In this document: positions 1 through 9,457 of the stretch, piece after piece
Numbering within the stretch: the stretch's first letter is position 1
Layout: every line of letters starts with the position of its first letter
Assembly: GCA_049599475.1 (NCBI GenBank)
Contig: JBMYOQ010000006.1
Span: forward strand, 32,001 to 96,000
Length of the DNA: 64,000 nucleotides
Origin: Opitutales bacterium
GTDB taxonomy: Bacteria > Verrucomicrobiota > Verrucomicrobiia > Opitutales > JABSRG01
Reading direction: 5' to 3'
The notes under the pieces: model-generated
What the model was told of the DNA's origin: nothing
What the model saw: only the letters and a program-made list of their open reading frames with translations
Databases searched by the model: none
Translations under genes and position numbers: made by a program

Positions 1-1637
1 ACTCGTTGACGAATAGCTGGGAATTGGCTTTGGGCTATGATCTTTCAAATCCTGATACAGATGGGAACGGAACCCCGGACAATGAAGAAGATGCGGATGC
101 TGATGGTCTTCCAAACGATTGGGAAATCTGGAACTGGATGGACCCCCAGTATGCTCTCGACGCGACGGAGGATTTCGAACCGGATGGCTTGGACAACTTG
201 CTAGAGTTTTACCTAGGAACGGACCCAAACAGTGAGTTTAGCTACGACGAGGTTGGCAACCCAGTGTATGATATCTCTCGTGACGATGATGGTGACTATT
301 TGACTACGGAGTGGGAAATCATCCTAGGTTATGATGCACTAAGTTCTGATACAGATGGGAACGGAATCCCTGACAATGAAGAAGACGCGGATGCTGATGG
401 TCTTCCAAACGATTGGGAAATCTGGAATTGGATGGACCCCCTGTATGCTCTCGACGCGACGGAGGATTTCGAACCGGATGGCTTGGACAACCTGCTAGAG
501 TTCTACCTGGGAACGGATCCAAACAGCGAGTTTAGCTATGACGAGTTCGGGAACCCAGTGTATGACATCTCCCGCGACGATGATGGTGACTATTTGACTA
601 CGGAGTGGGAAATCATCCTAGGTTATGATGCATTAAGTTCTGATACAGATGGGAACGGAATCCCGGACAATGAAGAAGATGCGGATGCCGATGGTCTTCC
701 AAACGATTGGGAGATCTGGAATTGGATGGATCCTCTGTACGCTCTCGACGCGACGGAGGATTTCGAACCGGATGGCTTGGACAACTTGCTAGAGTTTTAC
801 CTAGGAACGGACCCAAACAGTGAGTTTAGCTACGACGAGGTTGGCAACCCAGTGTATGATATCTCTCGTGACGATGATGGTGACTATTTGACTACGGAGT
901 GGGAAATCATCCTAGGTTATGATGCATTAAGTTCTGATACAGATGGGAACGGAATCCCGGACAATGAAGAAGATGCGGATGCCGATGGTCTTCCAAACGA
1001 TTGGGAGATCTGGAATTGGATGGATCCCCTGTATGCTCTCGACGCGACTGAGGATTTCGAGCCGGATGGCTTGGACAACCTGCTGGAGTTCTACCTAGGA
1101 ACAGATCCAAATAGCGAGTTTAGCTACGACGAGTTTGGGAACCCAGTGTATGACATCTCTCGTGACGATGATGGGGACTATTTGACTACGGAGTGGGAAA
1201 TCATCCTAGGTTATGATGCACTAAGTTCTGATACAGATGGGAACGGAATCCCTGACAATGAAGAAGACGCGGATGCTGATGGTCTTCCAAACGATTGGGA
1301 AATCTGGAATTGGATGGACCCCCTGTATGCTCTCGACGCGACGGAGGATTTCGAACCAGATGGTCTGGACAACCTGCTAGAGTTTTACCTAGGAACAGAT
1401 CCAAACAGCGAGTTTAGCTACGACGAGTTCGGGAATCCTGTGTATGATATCTCCCGCGACGATGATGGTGACTATCTGACTACGGAGTGGGAAATTATCT
1501 TGGGGTATGATCCGCTTAACTATGACTCGGATGGAGATGGTATTTTCGATGATCTCGAAGATGAAGACGCTGATGGGGTATCAAACATTGATGAAATCCT
1601 GGCAGGGACTGACCCTCTCGATGAGCTTTCTTTCTAG
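1..1637 (+). CDS. C-terminal part (5'-truncated by the window) of a large acidic tandem-repeat protein with bacterial thrombospondin type-3-like Ca-binding motifs
   Basis: Frame is open from the window edge. About 5.5 copies of a 98-aa unit containing DTDGNG, DADADG, DDDGD and LGTDP motifs. Confidence 0.85.
   Translation, partial: SLTNSWELALGYDLSNPDTDGNGTPDNEEDADADGLPNDWEIWNWMDPQYALDATEDFEPDGLDNLLEFYLGTDPNSEFSYDEVGNPVYDISRDDDGDYLTTEWEIILGYDALSSDTDGNGIPDNEEDADADGLPNDWEIWNWMDPLYALDATEDFEPDGLDNLLEFYLGTDPNSEFSYDEFGNPVYDISRDDDGDYLTTEWEIILGYDALSSDTDGNGIPDNEEDADADGLPNDWEIWNWMDPLYALDATEDFEPDGLDNLLEFYLGTDPNSEFSYDEVGNPVYDISRDDDGDYLTTEWEIILGYDALSSDTDGNGIPDNEEDADADGLPNDWEIWNWMDPLYALDATEDFEPDGLDNLLEFYLGTDPNSEFSYDEFGNPVYDISRDDDGDYLTTEWEIILGYDALSSDTDGNGIPDNEEDADADGLPNDWEIWNWMDPLYALDATEDFEPDGLDNLLEFYLGTDPNSEFSYDEFGNPVYDISRDDDGDYLTTEWEIILGYDPLNYDSDGDGIFDDLEDEDADGVSNIDEILAGTDPLDELSF
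3..1510 (+). repeat. 294-bp tandem repeat array (about 5 units) inside the repeat-protein gene
   Basis: Near-identical blocks recur at 294-bp spacing, mirrored by the antisense ORFs at 319, 613, 907 and 1201. Confidence 0.97.
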
Positions 1638-1883
1638 GGGGCAGAGTATGTTTTCTCCGGCCTGAGTATTGATTTAGGTCGGAGTTTTGGGGCTCGACTT
1701 GGGTTTGACCGTTTGGGTCCAATGTCTCCTCGTTGAGAATCAATATTCGATAATAACGTTAAGAAGCGCTAGTTTTTCTAACGATGGGTTTCGCACATGC
1801 GATCTTAGTATCGGAACGATCTGCTGTGCTTCCTGGTTTGCTAGGGGTGTGGTGGGTCATGATTCGACAACCTAATATAAACT

Positions 1884-3083
1884 ATGCGATTAAATCTTGT
1901 TTCGTGCGTCACTGCGCTTGGAGTGAGTTCCTCACTGTGCGCAATTGAATATGAAGACATTAATTTTAGTGGAACATTGAGTACCACTGTTTCCTATTCC
2001 ACTCAGTATCCGTTTTATACTGAAGAAGCGGATGAATGGGACTTAAAACATTGTAGAGTTTATCTACAACGGGATGTACCAGTTTGATAATGGCATTCAG
2101 GCTGGAGCCCAGATATATGCTTACACTCTCGATGGAGTCTCGGATATTACTCTGGATTGGGGTGGTGTGAGTTACCAGTTCAGTCCAGAATTCGGGGTGT
2201 CCGTGGGGCGTAATAAGATCTATAACGGTCTGCATAACCATACCCAGAATTTGGATGTTGTTCGCACCTTTGCGAGCTTGCCCTTTGGTCCCTATTACAA
2301 GGCACTACGGCCCATTACTTCGGCGATGGATGGAGTGTCGATCGGTGGGGTCTTGGATTTTGGTTCAGCGGGCTCCTTTGAGTATAACGTGAATGTGGGT
2401 TTTATCCCGGACGTCGGCGAGGATGCTTATATTTTCGTGGGTAGCTTGAATGACGAAACGATCACTGAAGGGTGGAACATCGAAGGTATCAATTTTTCGG
2501 TCTGGGGCGCGTGGAATACTCATGTAGACGGCCTCCGAGTCGGGGCGTCGTTTGCGCGTGTGCCAGATAGTAATATTCCCTCGAGATACGCATATACCAA
2601 TGAGCTTTCAGGGGTCGATTTGGCAACAGCTTTGGAGCAGGGTGCGTTCTATGCAAACTTGTTGGGCATACCGGGGCTGACTCCAGCGATGGCTTGGGAC
2701 TCTGTCTTAGCGGGGAACGATGCGGAGTTCTTTGGGCATGAGGGGGATGCTTATTTGAATGTTCCTGCATTTGGTATCATTAACCAAGAGACTCCTTTAT
2801 TCCTTCGCAATCATAGTATGCCGAGGCGGTTTACCAGTTTACTGATAAATTAGCTGGCGGACTCCGTTTTAGTGAGTGGGACTCAAATTATCAAAGATCG
2901 GGAGATGAAACTGAATCGATCACAGTCGCGACCAGCTACTGGTTCACCGACCATCTTCTCCTGAAGGCTGAAGCTCATTTCTTTGATGGGACGTCACTTG
3001 CTGGCTCTGCTGCGGTAAATACCGATACCAGCGCTAATGATTCATGGGAACACTTCGTGTTGAAGGCTACCCTTACATTCTAA
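1884..3083 (+). pseudogene. Disrupted outer-membrane beta-barrel (porin-like) gene
   Basis: Signal-peptide ORF at 1884; frameshift at the A-run near 2045; middle ORF 2074-2853; second frameshift near 2800; in-frame TAG at 2814-2816; C-terminal frame YAEAVYQFTDKL...HFVLKATLTF* ends at 3083 with the terminal Phe typical of OMPs. Confidence 0.8.
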
Positions 3084-3102
3084 CTTTCAAGGAGACCCAT
3101 TA

Positions 3103-3516
3103 ATGAAATTAGTAGCTCTACTTTCTATTCTTACATTAGCATTTTCTGCGAACTTAGTTGCTGCGGATTATCTGTTGATTACGCATCCGTCCAATCCTGT
3201 TAACTCAGTGAGCGCGAAGGATGTGGAGTCTATCCTCTCGGGGCAAAATAACCGCTGGGAGTCCGGCAGTGCTGTGAGATTGGCCGTTTATAAGGGTGGC
3301 GATTTTCATGAAGCCACTATCAAGGCCTTAACTGGACGCTCTGGCAGCCAATTCAAGCGCTTTTGGAAGAAGCTCATTTTCACCGGTAAAGGCATCGCTC
3401 CCAAAGAACAGAAGGACGTTGCCGAGATGGTCGACTTTGTGACTTCTACTGAGAACAGCTTTGGTTATGTGCCTGCTGGGCAAGAGGGCTCAGCGAAAGT
3501 GCTAATTGTGAACTAA
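3103..3516 (+). CDS. Small periplasmic PBP2/phosphate-binding-like protein
   Basis: Signal peptide; ITHPSNPV, FWKKLIFTGKG and FGYV motifs of the small PBP family usually found next to porin genes. Confidence 0.75.
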   Translation: MKLVALLSILTLAFSANLVAADYLLITHPSNPVNSVSAKDVESILSGQNNRWESGSAVRLAVYKGGDFHEATIKALTGRSGSQFKRFWKKLIFTGKGIAPKEQKDVAEMVDFVTSTENSFGYVPAGQEGSAKVLIVN

Positions 3517-3546
3517 AACCGCTTTCAGCTGGCGATTTGCAATGAT

Positions 3547-3577
3547 AAGGGGCCCCTGGGAAACGGGCCCTTTTTTT
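3547..3577 (+). terminator. Rho-independent terminator
   Basis: GGGCCC stem followed by T7, just after the 3103-3516 gene. Confidence 0.7.
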
Positions 3578-3745
3578 GGCCATCATCGAATGGATCCGCC
3601 GGAAATTTGCGAATGTGACCGTCTAATTGCCCCATCCCTTGGAAATTGGAGGCGAGCAGGGGTGAACTCAGGACAAGGCGAGGGACTTCTGAAAGCTTTC
3701 TGCTTTTATAGAAGGGAAGACTTTGCCCGGTGCCCCGGTTTTGCC

Positions 3746-4210
3746 TTAGCGTGTGAGATCGCCGCGAGTTAGGACGCGGATGCCGCAGGACTGAAGGACT
3801 TCGGTGCCCACGTCGGAGTCTTCGAGACGCATGACGAATGCGGTACTACCGCTCGGACGGCCGAGGAAAGGGTAGATATAGTGCAGGTTGACCTCTGCTT
3901 GAAGGAGGGCGCACGTTACCTTGTGGATGTCGGCGAGTTGATTCACTTCGACGGCGACCACTTCAACTTCATTGAACGTGAAATTCGATTTTCTGAGGAT
4001 CTCGCGGGCTTCTCTATGGTAGTCTACTACTATCCGAATGATGGCGCTGTCGGTCGTGTCGAGGACAGTCATCGCGAGAATGTGAAGGTCCGCATGTGTG
4101 ATCGCGCCAATGAGATCGTTTAGCTTGCCCACTTTGTTGTCTGCGTAGACGGAAAACTGCAGGATAGGGCCGAGGCTGGAATCTTTTCGAGTATTAGTTG
4201 ATACGCTCAC
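3746..4210 (-). CDS. Tandem ACT-domain protein
   Basis: QFSVYADNKVGKL, AIIRIVVD and AEVNLHYIYPF pattern of the double-ACT family. Confidence 0.8.
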   Translation of the reverse strand: MSVSTNTRKDSSLGPILQFSVYADNKVGKLNDLIGAITHADLHILAMTVLDTTDSAIIRIVVDYHREAREILRKSNFTFNEVEVVAVEVNQLADIHKVTCALLQAEVNLHYIYPFLGRPSGSTAFVMRLEDSDVGTEVLQSCGIRVLTRGDLTR

Positions 4211-4426
4211 TTAGAAAATATTTAAAACAACCTGATTGTGAAAGATTTATGACTCTCTGGCAACGTTTGATCGTGTCAAGGAAGCGTAATAATTTCACCT
4301 TATCATCGTTTCGTATCCGTAACATAGGTGGCAAAACTGTGATTTTGCTGGCGCGCAATTGAAATAATTTTGACCCATTGAGTCGTAAGCCATAGCACAC
4401 TTGAATCTTTTGAAGGGCTAATTTCT

Positions 4427-5308
4427 GTGAAAAAATCGACGCTCAAATTCCGGACTATCTTCCTATCTGATATCCACCTCGGGACTCAGGATTGTAAGAT
4501 TGATGAGGTGAACCATTTTCTCAAGTTCACTCACTCAGAGAAGCTAGTGCTCAATGGTGACATTATAGATGGCTGGAGTCTGTCGCGCAAGGGTGGTTGG
4601 ACGAAGCCTCACACGCGTTGCATCCGCTTGATTTTGAAGAAGTTAGAGAAGCGCGATACGGACGTAATTTATACGCGAGGGAATCACGACGATATTTTAA
4701 CCCGCTTTTTGCCTCTTCAGCTGGATAATTTGCAGATCGTGGAAAGTCATATTCACCACGGCGTCGAAGGAGATTATTTAGTCGTCCATGGAGATGGATT
4801 TGATTCGATCACGACCAATCATAAGTGGTTGGCGGTTGTGGGAGATGTCGGTTATCAGACCCTCTTGAAAGTCAATCGGCTGTATAACAAGTATCGGGCT
4901 TGGCGTGGTAAAGAGTACTACTCGCTGAGTAAGGCGATCAAGGGTCGGGTGAAGTCAGCTGTGAACTTTGTCGGAAAATATGAAGAGCAGCTACAGATGC
5001 TGGCCGCGAAACACAATTGCCGAGGAATTATCTGCGGTCACATTCACACTCCCGCTAACAAGCACATTGGCGATGTGCACTACCTGAATTCAGGGGATTG
5101 GGTAGAATCTTTGACTGCGCTCGTGGAGCACTTTGATGGTTCCTTTGAAATCCTGACTTTCAAAGAGTTTGAGCGCAGAAGAATCGAGAAGCGCAAGAGC
5201 TTTGATAAGGAAGAGGTCATCGAAGACCTGGATCCGGTCGACGAGGATGAAGACGTCGAGATCGCAAAAACGATCCTACATGTGCAGGAATCATTGAAGG
5301 ACAGCTGA
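4427..5308 (+). CDS. UDP-2,3-diacylglucosamine diphosphatase-like metallophosphoesterase (LpxH/YbbF family)
   Basis: SDIHLG, GDIIDGW, GNHD, HGD, GHIH and NSGDW motifs. Confidence 0.88.
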   Translation: MKKSTLKFRTIFLSDIHLGTQDCKIDEVNHFLKFTHSEKLVLNGDIIDGWSLSRKGGWTKPHTRCIRLILKKLEKRDTDVIYTRGNHDDILTRFLPLQLDNLQIVESHIHHGVEGDYLVVHGDGFDSITTNHKWLAVVGDVGYQTLLKVNRLYNKYRAWRGKEYYSLSKAIKGRVKSAVNFVGKYEEQLQMLAAKHNCRGIICGHIHTPANKHIGDVHYLNSGDWVESLTALVEHFDGSFEILTFKEFERRRIEKRKSFDKEEVIEDLDPVDEDEDVEIAKTILHVQESLKDS

Positions 5309-5527
5309 GCCATGTCGTTTGATGCGCCGAATGGCTAGGTGCACCGTGTTAGAATCGCTGTAAAAATATTTTTTATTTTTAGGCGATGTAATCTGCTTGC
5401 ACGGATGGTTTTGTGGAGTAGCTTTCACCACATAGCGCATCGATAAAGATGTCTCTCTCATCTGCGATTTTGTTAGCGGGAAGCCTCTCTCCCTATTTCA
5501 AATCGTCGTCACCCAAAATTCTCTCCG

Positions 5528-5998
5528 ATGAAGCGTGTTAGTTTACCGAAGCATGGATTCACCATGATCGAACTCATGATTGTAGTTGTGGTCATTGGTT
5601 TGCTTATAGCGATAGCAGTTCCTGCTTTCAGGAAGATTACTGAATCTTCGCGTATGGCCACTTTTATCAATGATTGTCAGGTGTTTGGAGGGGCAGCTCA
5701 GTATTATTTATTTGAATCGGGTGACGATGAGATTGAAGACGCCGGTAGCGGCGAATTGCCTGAAGACCTTGAAGGTTATATTCAAGAGTCGGCATTTGAG
5801 GGGCAGACCCCAATTGGCGGTCAATGGGATTTTGATGCCGATTACGGTTTTTCTGGAGTGGGAGCCGTCGGGTCTACACTTTCCCTCGACGCGTTGGCTC
5901 GTTTGGACGAAAGTTTCGACGACGGAGATTGGTCGACGGGTCAGATTCGCGTATTTGGCGCCGACCGTGTTTATCGTGTTTATTGGGTAATAGAGTAG
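5528..5998 (+). CDS. Prepilin-type N-terminal cleavage/methylation domain protein
   Basis: G|FTMIELMIVVVVIGLLIAIAVP type IV pilin signal. Confidence 0.9.
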   Translation: MKRVSLPKHGFTMIELMIVVVVIGLLIAIAVPAFRKITESSRMATFINDCQVFGGAAQYYLFESGDDEIEDAGSGELPEDLEGYIQESAFEGQTPIGGQWDFDADYGFSGVGAVGSTLSLDALARLDESFDDGDWSTGQIRVFGADRVYRVYWVIE

Positions 5999-6277
5999 TC
6001 GTTTATTCTGTTTTCTGCGGCTTGGTGTTGCGCTTGGTACTACCAGGTAAGCTATACCCGGAAAAACGAGTGGATTGCGTGATTCACATAGCAAAATTAG
6101 GATTTATCAGGCTCCTTTATTTGGGATTCAGAATTTTGTGCCGAATATATTTTCGTCTACTTGGGGCAGACAGAATTTCCATTGCGAGTCTGGCTGTTGG
6201 AAGATTCTAAACTTGGGACTGATTCCGGTTGAATTTCCGTCCTAAATTAGAATTTTGATCAACCAACCACCCCGCAC

Positions 6278-7477
6278 ATGAAAATTTGCTTAGTTACCGA
6301 GACGTTTCCACCCGAAGTGAATGGCGTTGCCATGACGAATTGCCGTTTGGCAGATGGAATGGCCGACCGTGGCCATCGAATCTTTGTCATTCGCCCTCGT
6401 CAGAAGAAGGAAAACAAGGAGCTGAGCTCTCATGCTGGTGTTTCCGAGTATACCGTTCCAGGTGTGCCTTTGGTGGGATATCCTGGGATTCAGATGGGGT
6501 TGCCGGTCTATTTCCGTCTCAAACGTATGTTTGAGAAGTTTCAGCCGGACGTCGTGCACATTGCGACTGAGGGGCCTCTGGGTATTGCTGCCTTGCTGGC
6601 TGCCAAGAAGCTGGACCTCCCGGTGACATCTACTTTTCACACCAATTTCCAGCTTTATTGTGCTGATTACGGAGCAAAGTGGCTCACGCAAACCATGCTC
6701 GGATTTTTGCGCTGGTTTCACAATAGCTGCGCTTTGACCTTTGTGCCGTCCCAGGACCTGATCGATGATCTGCGGGGTTCGCAATTTGAGCGGCTTTTTT
6801 ACCTCGGACGGGGTGTGGATCGGGTGCTTTTTGATCCGGGTCGCCGCAGCCAGGAGTTGCGTAAAGAATGGGGTGCAGATTCGGATGATACGCCAGTTGC
6901 TGTCTACGTCGGTCGCGCGGCTGCAGAGAAGGACATTCCATTGGCTATTCGTGCTTACGAGGCATTGAAACAGCGCATCCCAGAAGCTCGGATGGTTGTT
7001 GTCGGGGATGGTCCGGTGCGTGAAAAAGTCCAGGCTCAGTTTCCAGATGTGCATTTTGCGGGTATGCGCTACAGCGAAGACCTCGGGGTGCACTATGCCT
7101 CGGCAGACTTGTTTCTGTTCGCGAGCACCTCAGAGACTTTTGGAAATGTCGTGACTGAGGCGATGACCTCGGGTCTGGTGAGCGTGGTGTATGATTACGC
7201 GGCTGGACAGAAATTCATTAAAGACGGTGAAAACGGGTTCCTGGCTAAATTTGATGATTCCGAAGACTTTATCGCTAAGACGGTGGCTCTCGCGGATTGC
7301 CGGGATCGCTGGGAGGAAATAGGGGTGGCTGCGCGCAAGACCACCGAAGCGATTCCGTGGTCAGACATTATTGGAGAGTTTGAAGGCCACCTGCGTCGCG
7401 TCATCGATACCCATAGCTCGGAGGCTTTGAGCGATTCCAAAATTCTCGCAGGTAAGGTTGTAGAGTCTAATTCTTGA
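6278..7477 (+). CDS. Glycosyltransferase family 4 (MgtA/PimB-like)
   Basis: TETFPPEVNGVA, HIATEGPLG and ETFGNVVTEAM motifs. Confidence 0.92.
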   Translation: MKICLVTETFPPEVNGVAMTNCRLADGMADRGHRIFVIRPRQKKENKELSSHAGVSEYTVPGVPLVGYPGIQMGLPVYFRLKRMFEKFQPDVVHIATEGPLGIAALLAAKKLDLPVTSTFHTNFQLYCADYGAKWLTQTMLGFLRWFHNSCALTFVPSQDLIDDLRGSQFERLFYLGRGVDRVLFDPGRRSQELRKEWGADSDDTPVAVYVGRAAAEKDIPLAIRAYEALKQRIPEARMVVVGDGPVREKVQAQFPDVHFAGMRYSEDLGVHYASADLFLFASTSETFGNVVTEAMTSGLVSVVYDYAAGQKFIKDGENGFLAKFDDSEDFIAKTVALADCRDRWEEIGVAARKTTEAIPWSDIIGEFEGHLRRVIDTHSSEALSDSKILAGKVVESNS

Positions 7478-7508
7478 TCTGGCACACCGAGCGCTCCAGC
7501 GTGGAGCT

Positions 7509-9092
7509 ATGCTTAGGCACATCGGGCCCCATTTTTTAGGAATCCTCTCCAGTCTGTTTCTTCTCGCGTGCAGTTCACCTGAGAAGGAGGAGACGACGGC
7601 TTCGTCCGAGCAGCGCAATGTCTTCATTTTGGGCAATGGCTCTGAGCCCTCCTCATTGGATTTTCACCGAGTGAGTGGAAATGCTGATCTTCGGGTCGCG
7701 ATGGCCCTCTTTGAAGGTCTCGTTCAAGAGCACCCTTTAGAGCAGGGGGTGACTTCGCCTGGGGTCGCTGAGCGCTGGGAGATCGATGAGTCGGGCAAGC
7801 GCTACACGTTTTATTTGAGAGAAAATGCTCGTTGGTCCGATGAGGCATCGGTCACAGCGCAACAATTTGTCGATGGCGCTCGGCGTGTTTTGGATCCGGC
7901 ATTTGGTGGTCCGTTAGCCAATTTGTTTGATTTCATTGTAGGTGCAAAAGCCTACCGGGAGGGTTCAGTGGAGGATTTTAACCAAGTAGGAATGCGTGCA
8001 ATCGATGCACTGACTTTGGAGATCGAGCTCGAAAACCCGACCCCATTCTTTCTTCAGATTTTGAAAATCCCAGTATTCTTTCCCTGGCGTGAGGAAATTT
8101 TTGCCAATGACCCGCGCATACCTCAGGTCGTGAATGGCCCTTTTGTGGTGGAGGCATGGGTGCCTAATGAATACCTGATTGCGGGCCGCCAGCCGCATTA
8201 TTCCGGAGCATTTGTTCCGAAGGTGGATGCTGTATCCTTTCTTCCGATATCAAACCCATCTGCCGAGGAGCGTGGGTTTTTGACGGGCGATCTGCATTTT
8301 ACCAACGGTGTACCTGCTGCCACTCAGGATCGCTTGCATGGGACCGAAGATCCGACCTATCGCGAAGACGCGCATTTAGCGACGGCTTATATTTTGATGA
8401 ATACCCAGGATCCCCGGTTGTCCGATGTCCGCCTCCGCCAGGCTTTGAGTCTGGCGATAGACCGCGAAGCCATTGTTGATTACGTGCTCAAGCTGGGGCG
8501 TCCGGCGGCATCCTTTACGCCTGATAATCTGCCCGATTACGAACCTGGCAAACTGCTCGGCTTCGACCCTGAGAAAGCGCGCGCACTCTTGGCTGCCTGG
8601 GCGGCAGAGCATGGCGAGCTGGATAAGCTGGTGCTCTCCACTTCGATGAATGTCAACTCGCGGCGCGTTACTGAAGCCATGCAAGGAATGTGGAAGGAGA
8701 ACTTAGGTCTCGAGGTGGAGCTGATGCAGTCGGAATTTAAGGTGTATCTGAATAGTCTGAATCAGGGCGACTATCAGCTCGGGTTCTTGGCCTGGTATGG
8801 TGACTATGTGGACCCATATACCTTCCTGGATGTATTTCGCAGCACGGCTCCATCCAATCGCGCTCGTTGGAACTCTCCGAGCTATGATGCTCTCTTGGAT
8901 AAATCCTTGGTGAGTAGTGGCCTGGAACGCAAGGCGACCATGGAGGCCGCGGAAAAGATCCTCATGGAAGAGTTACCCATCGCGCCCGTCTACTGGGTGT
9001 CCCAGCCTCACCGTATCTCAGAAAAAGTATCTGGCTGGCCGCCGAAATTGCTCAATTTACGCCCGTTCACCGCGGTGGATGTATCCAACTAG
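7509..9092 (+). CDS. oppA: OppA-family peptide ABC transporter substrate-binding lipoprotein
   Basis: Lipobox LLAC; EPSSLD, LFEGLV, RLRQALSLAIDR and WYGDYVDP motifs. Confidence 0.85.
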   Translation: MLRHIGPHFLGILSSLFLLACSSPEKEETTASSEQRNVFILGNGSEPSSLDFHRVSGNADLRVAMALFEGLVQEHPLEQGVTSPGVAERWEIDESGKRYTFYLRENARWSDEASVTAQQFVDGARRVLDPAFGGPLANLFDFIVGAKAYREGSVEDFNQVGMRAIDALTLEIELENPTPFFLQILKIPVFFPWREEIFANDPRIPQVVNGPFVVEAWVPNEYLIAGRQPHYSGAFVPKVDAVSFLPISNPSAEERGFLTGDLHFTNGVPAATQDRLHGTEDPTYREDAHLATAYILMNTQDPRLSDVRLRQALSLAIDREAIVDYVLKLGRPAASFTPDNLPDYEPGKLLGFDPEKARALLAAWAAEHGELDKLVLSTSMNVNSRRVTEAMQGMWKENLGLEVELMQSEFKVYLNSLNQGDYQLGFLAWYGDYVDPYTFLDVFRSTAPSNRARWNSPSYDALLDKSLVSSGLERKATMEAAEKILMEELPIAPVYWVSQPHRISEKVSGWPPKLLNLRPFTAVDVSN

Positions 9093-9122
9093 GCCTGCTT
9101 TTATGGTTTCTCGAAAGTAATA

Positions 9123-9417
9123 TCGTAAACCTGGGAGGGGCGTCCTCAATGTCCGCTGCGATCGGCTCTGCGGAGGCTAAGGACAGCGGACGGAGGCTTG
9201 CCGGAGATGGCGCAGTAATAACGCTGCATTTAGGATGGCGTCATCGGTAGCGGCCGATCTCCGAGCGGCCGAATGCGGGGTATTAGCTGGGCGAAATTGC
9301 TGTCTTCAACCGCTCGGAGATCGGTTGCTACCCCCATTTCTTCTCTAAAGGCAGCGCCTCTCGAGGACAGCGTCTCTCTCGGAAAACTCACGATTATAAA
9401 TTGAGCTCAATGCGAAC
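9123..9417. mobile_element. Composite non-autonomous repeat, copy A (left arm, 170-bp core 9191-9360 containing a REP doublet, right arm)
   Basis: Every segment matches 31705-32144: the core in direct orientation, the arms in reverse complement. Confidence 0.85.
9246..9332. repeat. GTAG-type REP doublet (REPIN-like)
   Basis: GGTAGCGGCCGATCTCCGAGCGG ... CCGCTCGGAGATCGGTTGCTACC inverted pair. Confidence 0.85.
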
Positions 9418-9457
9418 GGGCTTTTAAGACAGCGAGCAAATTAGGACAGATATGAAT

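Noticed and set aside
319..1404. Four similar 67-aa antisense ORFs
   Set aside because: They are shadows of the 294-bp coding repeat on the opposite strand.
3..1510. Possible CRISPR array or diversity-generating repeats
   Set aside because: Units are contiguous and in frame with no unique spacers; differences are mostly synonymous; no cas or reverse transcriptase gene is present.
2814..2816. Amber codon as programmed read-through or recoding
   Set aside because: It co-occurs with two frameshifts in the same gene, and TAG is an ordinary stop for many intact genes in this window.
6118..6255. Degenerate TTGGG...GAATTT repeats and a loose inverted repeat upstream of the glycosyltransferase
   Set aside because: Too degenerate in AT-rich DNA to separate from chance.
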